Positions 60,455 through 64,000 of a stretch of 64,000 nt of DNA are shown here, piece after piece (the stretch's first letter is position 1; every line of letters begins with the position of its first letter). The notes under the pieces are model-generated. The model did no database searches and was not told the DNA's origin. It saw nothing but the letters and a program-made list of their open reading frames with translations. Source of the stretch: an uncultured Methylomirabilota bacterium (lineage in GTDB: Bacteria; Methylomirabilota; Methylomirabilia; Methylomirabilales; 2-02-FULL-66-22); the NCBI GenBank assembly GCA_963705305.1, contig OY970067.1:128001-192000 (forward strand), read 5' to 3'. Position numbers and translations under genes: made by a program.

Positions 60455-63012
60455 TCATAGCGCACCGCCTCCGCGATGGGAAGTCGCGAGGCGCGCCACC
60501 CGGGCAGGATCCCCGCCAGCAGGCTGGCCCCCAGGGTGAGCAAGGCGTACTCCAGGATCAGACGGCCGGAGAGCGCGAACTGGATCGTCCAGCCGAAGGA
60601 CTGCTTGTTGATCACGTGGATGAGGATGAGCGAGAGCAGCAGGCCGGCGGCGGCCCCCAGCAGGTTCGCCACCGCCCCCATGAACCCCGCCTCGCAGAGG
60701 ATGGTGCGGAGGATGCGCGCGCGGGTGAACCCGACCGAGCGCAGGATGCCGATCTCCCGCGTGCGCTCCAAGACCGACGCGATCAGCGTGTTGAGGATGC
60801 CCAGGGCCGCCACCACCAGGGCGATGATCTCCAGGGCATAGGTGATGGCGAAGGTCTGGTCGAAGATGTTCAGGATCCGCTCCCGGAGCGCGCGGTTGGA
60901 CAGGATCACGAGGTCCGGATGCTCGGCCAGCCGGTGGAGAATCTCCCGCCGAACGATCCCGACGTCGGCGCCGCCCTCCAGGTAGATGACGACGGAGTTC
61001 AACCACTGATCCTTCCACAGTTGCCGAAACAGCGCCTGATCCATCACCGCCAGGCCGCCTTCCGTCGTGTAGTCGTAATATACGCCGGCGATCCGCAGGC
61101 GGAGGGTCTTCCCCGGCGGGTGCAAGATCACCTTGTCTCCTTCGCGGACGTGGTATCGCTCGGCGAAGGTCTCGGAAACGATCAGGGCGCGGCGCGCCCG
61201 CGCCCGCTCGAGGATGGTGGCCGAGTCGCCCTGCCGGAACAATAGGCGGCCGCGCTTGGCCAGCAGATCGAAGTCGGCCGCCCCCAGGATGAAGCTGCCG
61301 CCCCCCCGGTCGTTGACGCGGAGGCTGCGCACGCCTCCCGCCTCGGCCACTCCGGGAATCGCGCGGACCTCGTCCAGCACGTCCGCGGGCAGACGCGCGT
61401 CCGCGCCCCGCATCAATCGGCTCCCCCGCGACAGATAGAGATCGGCCCGGATGGTCTGGTCGATCCAGACCTCCACCGTCCGCCGGAAGCTCTGGATCAT
61501 GGTGGAGACGCTCACCAGCATGGCCAGCCCCACCGCCATGGCCGCCACGGTCACCGCATTCCGCCGCAGCGCACGGGCGAGGTTCCCCGCCGCCAGCCGC
61601 GTCCCCAGGAGCCGCGAGCCGGCCAGCAGCCGCGCCAGCGGCCGCTGAACGCCCAGGAGCACGATCGGACACAGCAGGGTCGTCCCCAGCAGCAGGCTGA
61701 AGGAGGCCGCATAGCCGAAGAGGGGTCGGCCGTCCACCGGGCCCAGCCGCGCCAGGCCGTACGTGGCCAGCACCAGGATCAGGCCGGCCAGCGAGACGGA
61801 CCAGGGACGGAAGCGCCGCTCCAGGAGGGCCGCCGCCAGGCTCTCGCGGGGGGAGGTGGCGGCCGCCTGGAGGGCGGGGTGGACCGCCGACGCGATGGCC
61901 ATCCCGCATCCCAGGACAACCGCCTCCAAGAGGGCCAGCGGGGACGGTGAGGGCGCTTCGGGCCGAACGAAGGCATACAGCGACGAGACGGTCCGGCTCA
62001 CGGCCACGAGGGCGACCCGGGAAAGCAGCAGGCCGATAGCGACGCCCAGTAGCGACCCCAGCAGGCCCAACAGGCCCCCCTCGCTGGCCACCGCCAGCAG
62101 GATGCCGGTGCGGCTCGCCCCCAGCGAGCGCAGGATGCCGATCTGCCGCCGCTGCCGCACCACGGACACCGACATGGTGTTGTACACCACGAAGACGCCG
62201 ACGAAGAGCGCGACCAGGCTCAGCACGAACAGGTTGAGCTGGAAGGACAGCAGCAGCTGCTCGACCTGGGCGTTCCTGGCCTCCGGCCGCTCCACGGTGA
62301 CCCCGGGCGGAAGTCTCGGGCGCACTCGCGCCGTCACATGCAGCGGGTCGGCCCCGGGCTTCAGCAAGAGGTCCACGCGATCCAGGCGGCCCAGCTTGCC
62401 CAGGACGACCTGGGCCGCCGCGATGTCCATCACCGCCACCTGCCCGTCCATGGTGCGCGCGAGCCCCGTGTCGCCCAGCAGCCCGCGGACCACAAATCCC
62501 CTGGCCCCCGTGGGCGTCAGCAGGCGGATGGTATCCCCCGGCTGGAGGCCATGCGTCCGGGCGTACCGCTCGGTCAGCAGGATGGCGTCGGAGTCGGTCA
62601 GCAGGCGCAGCGGCTCCCGAATGTCCGGCGTGGGGCCCTGGTACTCCCGGACGCTGGCATCGTTCAGGATGTCCACACCCAGCACGAGAAGCGCATCCCC
62701 GTCCCCGCCGGCCACGGGCGTGATGGCCTGAACCAGGGGGACCGCCTGGGCCACCCCCGGCGTGCGGGCCAGCCGGGGGAAGAGCCTCTCGTCGATCCCC
62801 GCGTCGCCGCCGGTCACTTGCAGGCGGCTCTTGCCGGCCACGTGATCGATGCTCCGGCGGAAGGAATCGAGGACCCCGTCGTTGGCCAGGCTGATGGCCA
62901 GCACCACCGCCACCCCCAGCGCGACGCCGAGGATGGTGACGGAGCTCCGCAGTCGGTCCCGCGTGAGGGCCCGCCAGGCCACCAGGCGGATCAGATGAAA
63001 GAGTGCGCCCAT
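60451..63012 (-). CDS. FtsX/MacB-type ABC permease (AttF/G-like)
   Basis: Duplicated MacB-PCD/FtsX architecture: ILGVALGVAV, RRQIGILRSLG, ERTREIGILRSVG, INKQSFGW. Confidence 0.9.
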   Translation of the reverse strand: MGALFHLIRLVAWRALTRDRLRSSVTILGVALGVAVVLAISLANDGVLDSFRRSIDHVAGKSRLQVTGGDAGIDERLFPRLARTPGVAQAVPLVQAITPVAGGDGDALLVLGVDILNDASVREYQGPTPDIREPLRLLTDSDAILLTERYARTHGLQPGDTIRLLTPTGARGFVVRGLLGDTGLARTMDGQVAVMDIAAAQVVLGKLGRLDRVDLLLKPGADPLHVTARVRPRLPPGVTVERPEARNAQVEQLLLSFQLNLFVLSLVALFVGVFVVYNTMSVSVVRQRRQIGILRSLGASRTGILLAVASEGGLLGLLGSLLGVAIGLLLSRVALVAVSRTVSSLYAFVRPEAPSPSPLALLEAVVLGCGMAIASAVHPALQAAATSPRESLAAALLERRFRPWSVSLAGLILVLATYGLARLGPVDGRPLFGYAASFSLLLGTTLLCPIVLLGVQRPLARLLAGSRLLGTRLAAGNLARALRRNAVTVAAMAVGLAMLVSVSTMIQSFRRTVEVWIDQTIRADLYLSRGSRLMRGADARLPADVLDEVRAIPGVAEAGGVRSLRVNDRGGGSFILGAADFDLLAKRGRLLFRQGDSATILERARARRALIVSETFAERYHVREGDKVILHPPGKTLRLRIAGVYYDYTTEGGLAVMDQALFRQLWKDQWLNSVVIYLEGGADVGIVRREILHRLAEHPDLVILSNRALRERILNIFDQTFAITYALEIIALVVAALGILNTLIASVLERTREIGILRSVGFTRARILRTILCEAGFMGAVANLLGAAAGLLLSLILIHVINKQSFGWTIQFALSGRLILEYALLTLGASLLAGILPGWRASRLPIAEAVRYE

Positions 63013-63129
63013 GCGTCACCGACGTTCGAGGGTTCGACGGCCCGCCCGCGCGGCGGTTCGGCCCCCGGGGCGATCGTGCGCCGCCGGCCGGCCCGGCGCT
63101 CCTGTGCCGTCGCGACGGCGCCGAGTGTG

Positions 63130-63801
63130 CTACCGTCTGCCGGAGATGACGCCGTCCTTCAGATGGATCAGGCGCCCCGCAAAGCTGGCGGCCTCCAGGC
63201 TGTGGGTCGCCAGAAGGATGGTCATGTCCCGCTCGGCGTTCAGCCGGGCCAGCAGCTCCAGGATCTCCCGGCCCGCCTTGGAGTCCAGGTTCCCTGTCGG
63301 CTCGTCGGCCAGCAGGATGGCAGGTTCGTTCGCCAGGGCCCGCGCGATGGCCACCCGCTGCATCTCCCCGCCGGAGAGCTCGTGCGGCCAATGATCCTTG
63401 CGCGGCAGCAAGTCCACCAGGCCCAGGCACTCCTCGGCGCGCTTCTTGGCGGCCGGTGCGCTCTTCCCTGCCAGCAGGGCCGGCAGGGTCACGTTCTCCA
63501 GGGCGGTCATCGTCGCCAGCAGGTTGTAGAACTGATAGACGATCCCGACCCGGTCCCGCCGGAACCGGCTCAGGGCCCGATCCGAAAGCCGGGACAGCTC
63601 GTGGCCGTCCACCCAGATCAGTCCTTCCGTGGGAGCGTCCACGCCGGCGATCAGGTTCAGCAGCGTGCTTTTTCCGCAGCCGCTGGGCCCCATGAGCGCC
63701 ACGAAGTCCCCGCGCAGGATCTCCAGCGAGATCCCCGCCAGGGCCGCCACCTTGGCCCCCGCGCCGTCATAGATCTTGGACACACCGACCAATCGAATCA
63801 T
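63130..63801 (-). CDS. LolD/MacB-type ABC ATPase (AttE-like)
   Basis: GPSGCGKST, LSGGEMQRVAIARA, ADEPTGNLD, ATH. Confidence 0.93.
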   Translation of the reverse strand: MIRLVGVSKIYDGAGAKVAALAGISLEILRGDFVALMGPSGCGKSTLLNLIAGVDAPTEGLIWVDGHELSRLSDRALSRFRRDRVGIVYQFYNLLATMTALENVTLPALLAGKSAPAAKKRAEECLGLVDLLPRKDHWPHELSGGEMQRVAIARALANEPAILLADEPTGNLDSKAGREILELLARLNAERDMTILLATHSLEAASFAGRLIHLKDGVISGRR

Positions 63802-64000
63802 GCCCGGGACCCGTTGGCGCTTCCCGTTTCCGGAGGCCGAAGTCCGCCGATGCTCCGTGCGGTCGCGGGCCGCTTCTCTCGGCGCCGGATCTCTCCCCGG
63901 CCTTCCCGGTGGCCCGGAATCCGCCCGCCCTGCTCTGGCGACGGTGCCCATGTTGCCGTTCTGCGGCTGAAGCGTCAACAGGAATTAGGGGGTTCCCGGC

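Overview
GC-rich bacterial chromosomal window of about 60 genes, probably from an uncultured lineage; the taxon cannot be established from sequence alone. It is mostly catabolic, transport and regulatory genes: glcDEF, suyAB, two LIV-type ABC operons, an Att-like ABC exporter operon, a TPP-riboswitch-controlled cytX, a Crp/Fnr regulator with a divergent Fe-S/hemerythrin operon, a sigma54 two-component module and DNA-repair genes. I found no rRNA, tRNA, CRISPR array, transposase or prophage. Signals the ORF track misses: (1) a TlpA/ResA-type thioredoxin split by an in-frame UGA at the first active-site Cys (UxxC) with a SECIS-like hairpin starting at the 11th nt after it, i.e. a probable membrane-anchored selenoprotein; (2) a complete 201-bp MITE with 24-bp TIRs and a 9-bp target duplication; (3) two divergently transcribed paralogous small proteins (TM helix + YLAFDVLxLDGS ... 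PAD), each first in its transcription unit and candidates for a new leader-peptide family; (4) a second modular palindromic repeat family sitting right after stop codons; (5) exact 30-bp inverted repeats bracketing glcEF; (6) a homopolymer frameshift in a Tat-exported binding protein. All product calls rest on motif recognition by eye, not database searches.
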